A stretch of DNA of 64,000 bases from an uncultured bacterium (GTDB taxonomy: Bacteria; Patescibacteriota; Saccharimonadia; UBA4664). This document shows positions 27,266 to 35,460 of this stretch, in pieces. The stretch lies in contig CAVRET010000002.1 of NCBI GenBank assembly GCA_963720265.1, positions 878,069 to 942,068 of the forward strand. Reading direction: 5' to 3'. Made by a program: the position numbers and the translations under genes. The notes beneath the pieces are model-generated. The model searched no databases and had not been told where the DNA came from. It was given only the letters and a program-made list of their open reading frames with translations. Position 1 is the stretch's first letter. The number at the start of each line of letters is the position of its first letter.

Positions 27266-27636
27266 TCGTTTGGCGACATTATCTGAGTATTTTTGTGAGC
27301 CTTAAGAGTAAGGAGGTCGTTGTCTGCAGTTACGAGATAATCCACTCTGCCCTCTATTGCTGCGGCTAGTACATAATCGTCGAGTGGATCGCGAGAGATG
27401 TGCTCGACGATTTTGGGGACCACAACTTCAGACAGCTTTCCTAGGGCGTTACTGGTCACTTTGGCTTTTTGACTCGTGAAGCCAAATTTTGTCCGGAGAA
27501 CAGCCTCGAGTTCGGCCAGGATGTAATCTGACGTTACGTGAACGTTTGCCGGGGTCTCCAACAGATTTCTAAACCGAGCGAGCTCTTCTCTCCTTGTCAT
27601 AGTGGCCAGAACGTTTGTATCGTACAGAAACCGCAT
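27244..27636 (-). CDS. PIN-domain ribonuclease toxin (VapC-like)
   Basis: MRFLYDTNVL... opens with the N-terminal PIN acidic residue, and later TADNDLL provides another. It lies immediately downstream of an RHH antitoxin gene. Confidence 0.7.
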   Translation of the reverse strand: MRFLYDTNVLATMTRREELARFRNLLETPANVHVTSDYILAELEAVLRTKFGFTSQKAKVTSNALGKLSEVVVPKIVEHISRDPLDDYVLAAAIEGRVDYLVTADNDLLTLKAHKNTQIMSPNEFTQKLT

Positions 27637-27643
27637 TCGCTGC

Positions 27644-27928
27644 TCAGCTCGAACTTTCGGGCGACAAGTATTCGCGGCGAACTTCTTTTACTGCCCGCAC
27701 GAAATCATCATCCGTGACGTAGCCACGTTCGGCGGCGGCCACACCAGCATCCGCCATCATTGCCTCGAGAACTGCCCAGTCTTGCTGAACTGATTGCTCA
27801 GATTTTAGCTTCTTCACCACCGCTTGGCGAATGTATTCGCTCCTGTTTGTGTATTCAGCCCTGGCCACTTTATCAACCTGGCTTACTAGCTCCTCTGGAA
27901 GGGAAATATTAATTGTTTGACTCGGCAT
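27644..27928 (-). CDS. ribbon-helix-helix (CopG/VapB-like) antitoxin
   Basis: MPSQTINISLPEELVSQVDKVARAEY is an RHH beta-strand plus helix. The track start at 27949 is upstream, and the Met at 27928 is the likely start. Confidence 0.55.
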   Translation of the reverse strand: MPSQTINISLPEELVSQVDKVARAEYTNRSEYIRQAVVKKLKSEQSVQQDWAVLEAMMADAGVAAAERGYVTDDDFVRAVKEVRREYLSPESSS

Positions 27929-28066
27929 ATGTATCTGCTCCACATACATGATATATACATATATTGTATATATTGGCTACACTGCGGTCAAGAAATTACG
28001 CGTTGGTGTGCAGTACAAAAACACAATGGTTTGAACATAGCGTTGAACATAGCGTTTTTGTATTAA

Positions 28067-28170
28067 ACGCTATAGATTTGTTGAATAATTCCTCTGGTGC
28101 CCCTGAGTGGTCTCCAGTCGAACACCTTTTACAGTGGCTTGATGGCCTTATGTCAACTTTTCGAGGGGAA
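28067..28170. repeat. approximately 100-bp direct repeat, copy B (preceded by tandem TTGAACATAGCG x2)
   Basis: ACGCTATAGATTTGTTGAATAATTCCTCTGGTGCCCCTGAGTGGTCTCCAGTCGAACACCTTTTACAGTGGCTTGATGGCCTTATGTCAACTTTT. Confidence 0.6.
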
Positions 28171-28190
28171 AGTTGATGTTTACGCCGGGT

Positions 28191-28406
28191 TTACAGTTCC
28201 AGCGACTTAATGCCGAGGGCCTTCATAATGCGTTGGAGTTTCTCAAAGGATGGGTTTTCCTCGCCGCGCTCGATGCGGGCGTAGTAGTTAGTATTGAGGT
28301 CGGCGGCGGAAGCGACTGCGGCCTGGGTCAGGCCGGCCTGTTCACGGGCCTTCCTGAGCTTTTCGCCGAGCTCTTTGCGTGGGTTTTCTTGATCTTTTGT
28401 AGCCAT
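28191..28406 (-). CDS. XRE-family HTH regulator
   Basis: LGEKLRKAREQAGLTQAAVASAADLNTNYYARIERGE. It is divergent from the Mrr-type gene, and the Met at 28406 (MATKDQ) is the likely start. Confidence 0.6.
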   Translation of the reverse strand: MATKDQENPRKELGEKLRKAREQAGLTQAAVASAADLNTNYYARIERGEENPSFEKLQRIMKALGIKSLEL

Positions 28407-28443
28407 ATATGGATAACTATACCATTTCAGGGGGATTGTCGGC

Positions 28444-28971
28444 ATGCTTAGGCGGTATAGGCGCCGATCCAGGAGCGATGCTTGGGCAATTCTTGGTGTC
28501 CTGGTGCTGGCTTCACTTTATCACAAGGGCTATTTGCGTGACTTCGATCAGCTCCTGTTTCTGGCCGTCAAAGTCGGCGCAGTAGTTTGTACCCTTGTGG
28601 CTATAGTTTGGCTGCTTCGGCGACGGCAAGCCAAGAAGAGCTCTGGGAAGATGGACGGCTTGGCATTTGAACGCCATGTGGCGTCACTGCTTCCCGGACT
28701 TGGTTTTACCAACATTAGACTTACAGAGCGATATGACCTTGGAATCGATATTATCGCTGTGAAGGGCGGCGTGACGTGGGGCATTCAGGTTAAGTATTAC
28801 CGCGGGCTCGTGAAGGCCTCGGCCGTGCGCCAGGTCGTGACCGCACTGAATTACTATGGCTGCCAGCGAGCTATGGTGGTGACCAATAGCAAATTTAGCC
28901 GACCAGCCGAAAAGCTGGCATTAAGTAATGACTGTGCGCTAGTGGACGGCAAGGAATTGGCTCGTTGGTAG
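28444..28971 (+). CDS. membrane-anchored restriction-endonuclease-domain protein (2 TM + Mrr_cat-type PD-(D/E)XK)
   Basis: Two hydrophobic segments, then FERHVASLL...DLGIDIIAVKGG...IQVKYY, which matches the Mrr catalytic-domain pattern (D..(E/Q)VK). Confidence 0.6.
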   Translation: MLRRYRRRSRSDAWAILGVLVLASLYHKGYLRDFDQLLFLAVKVGAVVCTLVAIVWLLRRRQAKKSSGKMDGLAFERHVASLLPGLGFTNIRLTERYDLGIDIIAVKGGVTWGIQVKYYRGLVKASAVRQVVTALNYYGCQRAMVVTNSKFSRPAEKLALSNDCALVDGKELARW

Positions 28972-29044
28972 TGGACGAAACCAACGGCTTGCCCTGGAGG
29001 CCCGCATCCGCGACTATATCTTTAACATAAGTGGAGAGGGTGCG

Positions 29045-29692
29045 ATGAATGTGTTAAGAAGCCGTTTTGGGCGGGGGCTTGCGGCGGTAATGGCCGTGAC
29101 ATTAACCTCAGCATTTAGTTTTAGCAGTGCGAATGCAGCCAGTGGGCTAGAAAACGGAGGGTTTGAGCAGGCGACAAGCTACGGCTCAACAACCGATTTC
29201 GGGCCGGGCTGGTCGTATATTCAGACTCAGTATTCATATGGCACAGGCCATCTAACGCTTGACCCGTATCCGGGGTGTCATGGGGGCAGCAAGTGCGCGT
29301 CTGTAATTTCCGGTGAGACTGAAAACAATACCGGCTCGATAATTCAGGCGGTAACGCTTGCGAACGGGACGTACAATTTCACGCTGTCGGGCTGGACATG
29401 GCAGTATGACAGCGACAATGCGAACAATGCCGCCTGGGTACGAGGTGACCTCTACACAGAGCCGAGCGACCACATTGTGGGCGATCCGGGTTGGTTTGGC
29501 GCCGTGGGATCTGATTCACACAGCTACAACGGGGGCAGCTGGGTCCACCTAACCAACACGTTCAACAACGTAGCGGTGAACGGCGGCAGCGTGTCGCTGG
29601 TCGTAACGCAGCGCGCCAACGGCTACGGCAACACCGGCCACGGCGCGGCGTTGTCGGATGATTGGTCACTTAAAGTTAAGAAGGTGAAGTAG
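29045..29692 (+). CDS. secreted protein with CBM4_9-like carbohydrate-binding domain
   Basis: Signal peptide (MNVLRSRFGRGLAAVMAVTLTSAFSFSSANA) and motifs NGGFE, YNFTLSGW and DDWSL. It is paralogous to three internal domains of the giant protein at 55296+. Confidence 0.5.
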   Translation: MNVLRSRFGRGLAAVMAVTLTSAFSFSSANAASGLENGGFEQATSYGSTTDFGPGWSYIQTQYSYGTGHLTLDPYPGCHGGSKCASVISGETENNTGSIIQAVTLANGTYNFTLSGWTWQYDSDNANNAAWVRGDLYTEPSDHIVGDPGWFGAVGSDSHSYNGGSWVHLTNTFNNVAVNGGSVSLVVTQRANGYGNTGHGAALSDDWSLKVKKVK

Positions 29693-30500
29693 TCATCGCT
29701 TCCAGCCCTTGCCGTGCGTCCGAGTATGCGCAATATTCGCAGGCCTCGGCTGGTTTGGGTGCTTTTGCAGAGGCAATGGCTCTTTGAGCCTTAATTAGCG
29801 CCGGCTCCACCCACGAATCGTCGGCCTCATACGGAATTAGCTCAATATTGAACTCCAGCTTGGCATCGAATCTGTCGAGGTCGGTGCGGCCGTTGCAGTA
29901 GACGAAGTAGCCGGTGGGGCTGACGTCGTGGCCGAGGCGGCGGAAGATCCATTGGTAGACCTCCATCTGGCGCTTGTAGGACGCCTTCCAATGGTCGTTG
30001 AGGGTGATCTCCTTAGTAGTGCTGGTGGCTTTGTAGTCGGCGATGATGAGCCGTCCGTCCACGCGGAGCAGCCAAATGTCGTCGATGATGCCCTTCACCA
30101 AAAAACCCGTGGGCTCGTGCAGGTAGGCCGCGCCGCCGGACGGGGTTTTGCGCCACTCGTCGAGCTCGGCGTGTGTGAACGGGATAGCACCTACGCCGTA
30201 CTTCGCGAACAACGGGTGCACCGTGCCGGCCGTGCGATGGATGTCGAACTCCTTTTTGAGCAGTGTGTCGACGGCGGAATTGAGAGTGAAGGCCGGGATG
30301 CTCGGACGGCGCAGGCCCAGCCGCCGGTCGAGGTAGAAGCAACGCGGGCAGCGCACGAAGTCTTCGAGCTTGGACCGGCTGAGCGTGAACGGCTTGTTTC
30401 CGGGACCGGGCGCGTTGGCGGCGGGGTCATACAGGCCGCGGGTGCGGATGGGCGCGAAAGGCGGCGGGGCGTTAGTCGGTTGATTCTGCTGGCTTGGCAT
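29676..30500 (-). CDS. Cas4/RecB-like PD-(D/E)XK nuclease with four Fe-S-type cysteines (DUF83-like)
   Basis: N-terminal CPRC, core IIDDIWLL...IADYKAT (D...DxK) and C-terminal CEYC. The start is probably the Met at 30500 (MPSQQNQ), and the ORF overlaps the upstream gene by about 29 nt. Confidence 0.5.
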   Translation of the reverse strand: MPSQQNQPTNAPPPFAPIRTRGLYDPAANAPGPGNKPFTLSRSKLEDFVRCPRCFYLDRRLGLRRPSIPAFTLNSAVDTLLKKEFDIHRTAGTVHPLFAKYGVGAIPFTHAELDEWRKTPSGGAAYLHEPTGFLVKGIIDDIWLLRVDGRLIIADYKATSTTKEITLNDHWKASYKRQMEVYQWIFRRLGHDVSPTGYFVYCNGRTDLDRFDAKLEFNIELIPYEADDSWVEPALIKAQRAIASAKAPKPAEACEYCAYSDARQGLEAMTTSPS

Positions 30501-31113
30501 GCCGATCCCGATAAAGTTTAGGCTTGATATACAACGTACTGCAGAGTGCTTCAGCCAGTTCGATAACGTTCTGCGCATCCTCTTCTGTAACCTCTACCTT
30601 GTCTTCTGCGTCTCCCGGATGTGCACCTGCATTTCCCACCACTCTTACCTCGTGCGCCCAATCTTTCAACTCGGTGGTTATGATTCGCTGCTCGTGGAGC
30701 CAATCAATCTGTCGCGCCAAGTCATTTTTTAGGCTCTTCGTTTTTTCACCGTCCTTAACCTCTCTGGTGGCTGGCGCTCCCCGTTCCAGGCAGATGTTTT
30801 GCACTGCGCGCCTTGCCATCGTGGCCGCAGCGCGGAATGCACCTACCGAGACGCAAAGCAGAGATTCCTCGAGGTCTTTCTTGATTGGAGCTGGGACGCT
30901 GTCGTCCACGGCTCTCGGCAATGAGGTGGGGTAAGTGCGCACAATTGAGCCGGACGGGATGGCCCGGACGACCAGCAGGCATTGAGAGCAATTGTTGCAC
31001 TCGCCTATCTCGTAAAGGAATGATTCCCCATTTGTGGGCTGGTATCTCGCCCGCTCGGATATGCTGGTGTGTCTTTCACAGCTTGGGCAGTAAATTGATT
31101 TGTGGTCTGCCAT
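30472..31113 (-). CDS. DUF4145-domain protein with N-terminal zinc ribbon
   Basis: CPSCERH...CNNCSQC is followed by VRVVGNAGAHPGD, the DUF4145 hallmark. AGGAG lies 6 nt before the ATG at 31113, and the track's earlier MRGARM start is the RBS read in frame. Confidence 0.55.
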   Translation of the reverse strand: MADHKSIYCPSCERHTSISERARYQPTNGESFLYEIGECNNCSQCLLVVRAIPSGSIVRTYPTSLPRAVDDSVPAPIKKDLEESLLCVSVGAFRAAATMARRAVQNICLERGAPATREVKDGEKTKSLKNDLARQIDWLHEQRIITTELKDWAHEVRVVGNAGAHPGDAEDKVEVTEEDAQNVIELAEALCSTLYIKPKLYRDRHAKPAESTD

Positions 31114-31209
31114 ACGTGCTCCTCTCATCCCCGGCTTGCGGCCGTCGTTATTGTAGGTGGCTCCGCTGCGGCGTCGGCAATATCGCCGGCCCCGCAGCGA
31201 GTCCCGGAC

Positions 31210-31368
31210 CTACACGTATTGCCAGACACAACCGCGCGGGTGGTGGTCACCCCAGTGGTCGCATGGCGCGAATTTGGTGCCTTTTTTCACCCTGTCGCGC
31301 GTACCTGGGTACTGCAGGCATTGGACGATGCCGTCGCGCGGCACCGTGTCGCCAGGCTTGTAAGTCAT
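31210..31368 (-). CDS. small Cys/His-containing protein (52 aa), not in the ORF track
   Basis: GGAGGG lies 5 nt before the ATG at 31368. Translation is MTYKPGDTVPRDGIVQCLQYPGTRDRVKKGTKFAPCDHWGDHHPRGCVWQYV. The plus-strand ORFs here are Ala/Arg-rich antisense artefacts. Confidence 0.3.
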   Translation of the reverse strand: MTYKPGDTVPRDGIVQCLQYPGTRDRVKKGTKFAPCDHWGDHHPRGCVWQYV

Positions 31369-31608
31369 GGCGCCCTCCTACTTTGCGCTGCCCCGCGTAA
31401 ATAATGTACGATGGATGGGCAGTTCCATTCTCGGCCTGCGCAGACTGCCGGTTCACGCCGGCGGTTTTTGTCTACGGGTTTTATTATTGAGCCGTAGAAC
31501 TTTATCGTCAAGTTTTTTTCTAAATACTGTTTGTATGCTTCGGTTTGTGCTCTAAGACTAATTACTTAGAGATTGCATATCTTGCTCACTTGTGCTATCG
31601 TGTGATTT

Positions 31609-31869
31609 ATGGACGATAAGAATACCGCATATAATAAAGCGGACTATACCCCAGAGGCTAAGAGGGCTCGCTTTCTTCGGGTTGCTGAGCGCCGCACGAA
31701 CATGATTATCAACGACATTAGGCTGATCGCAAATACTAGCAATAAGACGCTGTACCAATATACTGAGGCTGATATAGATAAAATTTTTGACGTCATCAAT
31801 GAGAAGCTGGCTGAAGCAAAGATGAAATTTACGGCTTCAAAGAAGTCGGAGCCGTTCCGGCTGGAGTGA
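31609..31869 (+). CDS. hypothetical protein (86 aa)
   Basis: ORF track. Its stop overlaps the next gene's start, and it is AT-rich. Confidence 0.4.
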   Translation: MDDKNTAYNKADYTPEAKRARFLRVAERRTNMIINDIRLIANTSNKTLYQYTEADIDKIFDVINEKLAEAKMKFTASKKSEPFRLE

Positions 31870-32342
31870 GCATGGCGAATAATAAGCTACATGGAGACGA
31901 CGGCGAGAAGGAGGTGGTTTCGCTGATCCCCTGCCCCAACTGTTCGAAACCGCTAATGCTACTTCCACCGAACTATCCTCTATATGATGTTCAATGCACC
32001 GGGTGCTCGTTTCGGGCCCAGGTAAAGACAAACCACTCGAGGCCGAAAGACGTAATCTTCGGGGCCGGCTGGGACATCATGGAGAAGGTCTTAAAGTCTG
32101 GTTACTTAGTACCCCCGCTCATCGCAAACTTTAAATGGCAGGAGAAAGGGGCGGAATATCAGACTGTGCTCTTCTACCCTTTCGTAGCGAAGAAGAATTT
32201 ATTCACCTACTCACTTCCAGAAACTGCGCGGCGCGCAAACTACCGTATGTTCCGGTATGTTGGCCTCCGGGATTTGCCACACTTTGTGCTATATTCCGGC
32301 AATGGGGCGACCACTGATGTTGAGGCTGATCAGGCAGGTTAG
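31866..32342 (+). CDS. zinc-ribbon protein (158 aa), unknown function
   Basis: CPNC...CTGC ribbon. It precedes the Type IIG gene in the same orientation. Confidence 0.45.
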   Translation: MSMANNKLHGDDGEKEVVSLIPCPNCSKPLMLLPPNYPLYDVQCTGCSFRAQVKTNHSRPKDVIFGAGWDIMEKVLKSGYLVPPLIANFKWQEKGAEYQTVLFYPFVAKKNLFTYSLPETARRANYRMFRYVGLRDLPHFVLYSGNGATTDVEADQAG

Positions 32343-32487
32343 GCTGTAGCGGCTTCTACTGTCGGTTCCCTTTTGCGCAGTTTATGCATTGCGCACAGTG
32401 TGAAGAGGATGGGTCGACGCTAAGTGAAACCATATACGCTAACTTTCAAGCGTTTTAGATGGCTTACGTTTCAGATACAATAAGCTC

Positions 32488-35460
32488 ATGCCTAGAGCAA
32501 CCTCCACCGACTTAGAGCAGCTAGTGGCGAATTTTGCTGCTAACGAATCCGCATATTGCGGCGCGGGTTCAACTTATAATGAGTCGGAGGCAAGATCGGA
32601 TTTTATCAATCCACTGTTTGAGGCTCTTGGCTGGGATGTGACCAATCGTCGTGGTTTGGCCCGTCCGTTGCGTGAGGTAATTCTTGAAGCCAATGTACGG
32701 GTTAATGAAGCAACGAAGAAACCCGATTATGAGTTCAGACACAACGGTTACCGTAAGTTTTTTGTTGAAGCGAAAAAGCCGTCAGTAGACATATCTTCCG
32801 ACCCAGCGCCTGCGCTTCAGTTGCGTCGCTATGGCTGGAGCGCCGGCTTGGCAGTTTCGGTACTCACTAATTTCAGACAATTCTACGTTTACGATTGCAC
32901 GGTTCAACCACTGGAAGGCGACAATCCGCGCGTTGCGCTTCTGGCAACGTTTGATTATCACGAGTTTGTTTCAAAGTTCGATGAGCTGAAAGGCCTAGTT
33001 TCTCACGAGCTTGTAACATCCGGTGACTTTGACTCCAAGTTTGCCGAGTTAATCTCAAAAGCCCGGGGTGATCAAGCCTTTGATAAGTTCTTTCTCGACC
33101 AAACCGAGAAATGGCGACTACTTCTGGCCAACGATATTCACAAACACGACTCAAGCCTGCCAGCGCATGAGGTGGATAGATTAACCCAGTTATTTTTAAA
33201 TCGAATTGTGTTTCTTCGCATTTGCGAAGATCGAAATCTGGAAGAATACGAAACTCTAAAAAACATCCCCGCTGCGGAGGCAGTTCCGAGGTTAATGGAT
33301 CTGTTCAAACACGCTGATAGTAAATATGACTCTGGGCTATTTGAATTGCTTAAGGGGAAGCTGACGCCGTCGGTCCTTCTGTCCAATGAGGTGATTATGG
33401 CAATAGTTGGAGATCTCTATTACCCAAAAAGTCCTTACTCCTTCAGTGTTGTAAGCCCAGCCATTTTAGGGTCCATTTATGAGAGGTTTATCGCGCGCGC
33501 AATAACTATCGAAAACGGCAAAGCCCAGGCGGTTGAGAAGCCGGAGGTTCGTGAGTCAAACGGCGTGTTTCCAACTCCCGAGTACATAGTGCGGACAATT
33601 GTTGAGGATACCTTTGCCTTAAAGGGAGATGTGCTTGAGGCAAAGGTACTTGATCCCGCTGCCGGGTCCGGTGTTTTTATTACCGAGGCATTTGACAAAC
33701 TACTCCAGGCGCACCTGGATAATTACGTAAAGGCGGGCGAAGAGGCAAAGCTTAGGCATGATGACAACGGTGACTGGTACCTTTCACTGGATACTAAAAA
33801 AAATATCCTCATAAGCCAGATCTTTGGGGTGGATATTGACCACCAAGCCGTTGAAGTTGCGAAGTTTAGTCTTTATTTAAAGTTGCTGGAAGACGTTCCT
33901 AGTGGAGAAATTGCCGCAGTGATGGCGAGGGGTGAAAATGCACTTCCGCATCTAGAGAACAATATTAAACCGGGAAATTCGCTAATTGATAGCCGATCCT
34001 ATTTTCAATTCCACGATATCGGTCAGATACAACCTGGAGAGTTGGACAAGATATCGCCGTTTGATTGGGGGGAGCAGTTTCAGCCCGTAATGGACAGCGG
34101 CGGCTTCGATGTAGTTGTTGCCAACCCTCCATACATTCGCATACAGAACATAGTGCATTATTCGCCCTTAGAAGCTGAATTCTACACTAGCGATGCGAGC
34201 CCTTACGTGTCATCGCATGGCGGAAACTTTGATAAATACCAGCTTTTTGTTGAACGAGGATACCAATTACTGAATGGGGAGGGAATTCTTGCGTATATTG
34301 TCCCCCATAAGTTTGCAACCAATGCGGCCGGTCGACCTTTAAGGAGACTGATATCGAAAGCTAATGCATTGGCAGAATTTGTTCATTTTGGATCGCTCCA
34401 ATTGTTCCCTGGTCAGGCTACAACTTACACATGTCTGCTATTTATATCTCGAAAGCAGCGGGAATCCTTTCAATTCGAAAGAGTTGACTCCTTGCAAGAA
34501 TGGCAGTCAGGCGATAGAAGTTCTGAAACTTTGAGCTCCGATAGTATCTCAGAAGAGCCGTGGACATTTTTGTCTCATGACGATAAGGAGCTTTTCAACA
34601 AGATCGAGGGCGAGAACCCAGGGAGGCTCGGAACGAGTGCTGCAAAGATCTTTGTTCCGCTTCAAACGAGCGCTGATAACATTTACATCGTTACTCCTTT
34701 GCGTGCAGAGAATGGTAAGCTTATGTTCCGCGATAAGGATGGTCGGGAGTGGACTGTCGAGGAATCAATCACCAGGCCAGCCATTCTCGATATTGACGAC
34801 TTCGACTCGCTCCGCGGTCTAGCGCCGAACAAGATTATGATCTTCCCGTATGCTATGGAAGGCGGCCAAAATCGCCCGATTCCCGAAGCGGTAATGAAAA
34901 GCAGATTCCCCTTAGCCTATAAATACTTGTTGGCATTCAAGGCTAAGTTGAGCAGCCGATCCATGCAAGGAAGTGGGCCGTGGTACCGCTTTGGTAGATC
35001 ACAAAACCTAAATTTGTTCAGTGCAGGCACAAGCGGCAAGTTAATCATTAAAAATCCTGCGCTTAGAGCGACAGTGGCCCTAGATACAGCCGATATTCAT
35101 TTCACCGGCGGCGGGAATGGGCCCTATTATGGCGTCCTCCCAAACGAAGGCGTGCCTATTTATTTCGTGCATGCCTTACTGAATAGTGAGCTTTTTGACC
35201 GATGGGTAAAGGCCAGAAGTAGCGTTTTTAGAGGGGGGTACTACTCGTACGGCAAGCAGTTTATTGAGAACTTTCCTGTTATTGACTTGGTGAAAAATTC
35301 TGCTCAAGTTAATGAGATAGCCTTGGCATGGAAGGGGGTGCTTGATTCGCCACCTGCCGATCCTGAGCGAAGAAAGCAACTACTTTTGCGTGTTAACGAG
35401 AAAATAAACAGTCTGTACGGCATAGCAACGGAGGGGGAAATGAATGGTAGTAGCAGCTGA
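32488..35460 (+). CDS. Type IIG restriction-modification enzyme (fused PD-ExK endonuclease + gamma-class N6-adenine methyltransferase + target-recognition domain), Eco57I/MmeI-like
   Basis: N-terminal KPDYEF...FVEAKKP is a PD-ExK nuclease motif, motif I is VLDPAAGSGVF, motif IV is VVANPPYIRIQ, and the protein is 990 aa. It overlaps a second methyltransferase gene downstream. Confidence 0.75.
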   Translation: MPRATSTDLEQLVANFAANESAYCGAGSTYNESEARSDFINPLFEALGWDVTNRRGLARPLREVILEANVRVNEATKKPDYEFRHNGYRKFFVEAKKPSVDISSDPAPALQLRRYGWSAGLAVSVLTNFRQFYVYDCTVQPLEGDNPRVALLATFDYHEFVSKFDELKGLVSHELVTSGDFDSKFAELISKARGDQAFDKFFLDQTEKWRLLLANDIHKHDSSLPAHEVDRLTQLFLNRIVFLRICEDRNLEEYETLKNIPAAEAVPRLMDLFKHADSKYDSGLFELLKGKLTPSVLLSNEVIMAIVGDLYYPKSPYSFSVVSPAILGSIYERFIARAITIENGKAQAVEKPEVRESNGVFPTPEYIVRTIVEDTFALKGDVLEAKVLDPAAGSGVFITEAFDKLLQAHLDNYVKAGEEAKLRHDDNGDWYLSLDTKKNILISQIFGVDIDHQAVEVAKFSLYLKLLEDVPSGEIAAVMARGENALPHLENNIKPGNSLIDSRSYFQFHDIGQIQPGELDKISPFDWGEQFQPVMDSGGFDVVVANPPYIRIQNIVHYSPLEAEFYTSDASPYVSSHGGNFDKYQLFVERGYQLLNGEGILAYIVPHKFATNAAGRPLRRLISKANALAEFVHFGSLQLFPGQATTYTCLLFISRKQRESFQFERVDSLQEWQSGDRSSETLSSDSISEEPWTFLSHDDKELFNKIEGENPGRLGTSAAKIFVPLQTSADNIYIVTPLRAENGKLMFRDKDGREWTVEESITRPAILDIDDFDSLRGLAPNKIMIFPYAMEGGQNRPIPEAVMKSRFPLAYKYLLAFKAKLSSRSMQGSGPWYRFGRSQNLNLFSAGTSGKLIIKNPALRATVALDTADIHFTGGGNGPYYGVLPNEGVPIYFVHALLNSELFDRWVKARSSVFRGGYYSYGKQFIENFPVIDLVKNSAQVNEIALAWKGVLDSPPADPERRKQLLLRVNEKINSLYGIATEGEMNGSSS

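Noticed and set aside
28444-28460. Both divergent genes starting at 28444/28445 as given by the track
   Set aside because: Start codons of divergent genes cannot sit back to back with no promoter space. The HTH gene more likely starts at the internal Met at 28406. The start of the Mrr-type gene remains uncertain.
31113-31128. Track start MRGARM for the DUF4145 gene
   Set aside because: The extra codons are the AGGAG ribosome-binding site read in frame (atg aga gga gca cgt atg). The ATG at 31113 is the likely start.
30885-31456. Plus-strand ORFs 30885..31400, 31102..31404 and 31157..31363 (Ala/Arg/Cys-rich)
   Set aside because: They are antisense to the DUF4145 gene and the 52-aa SD-bearing minus ORF. 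Composition indicates GC-rich shadow frames.
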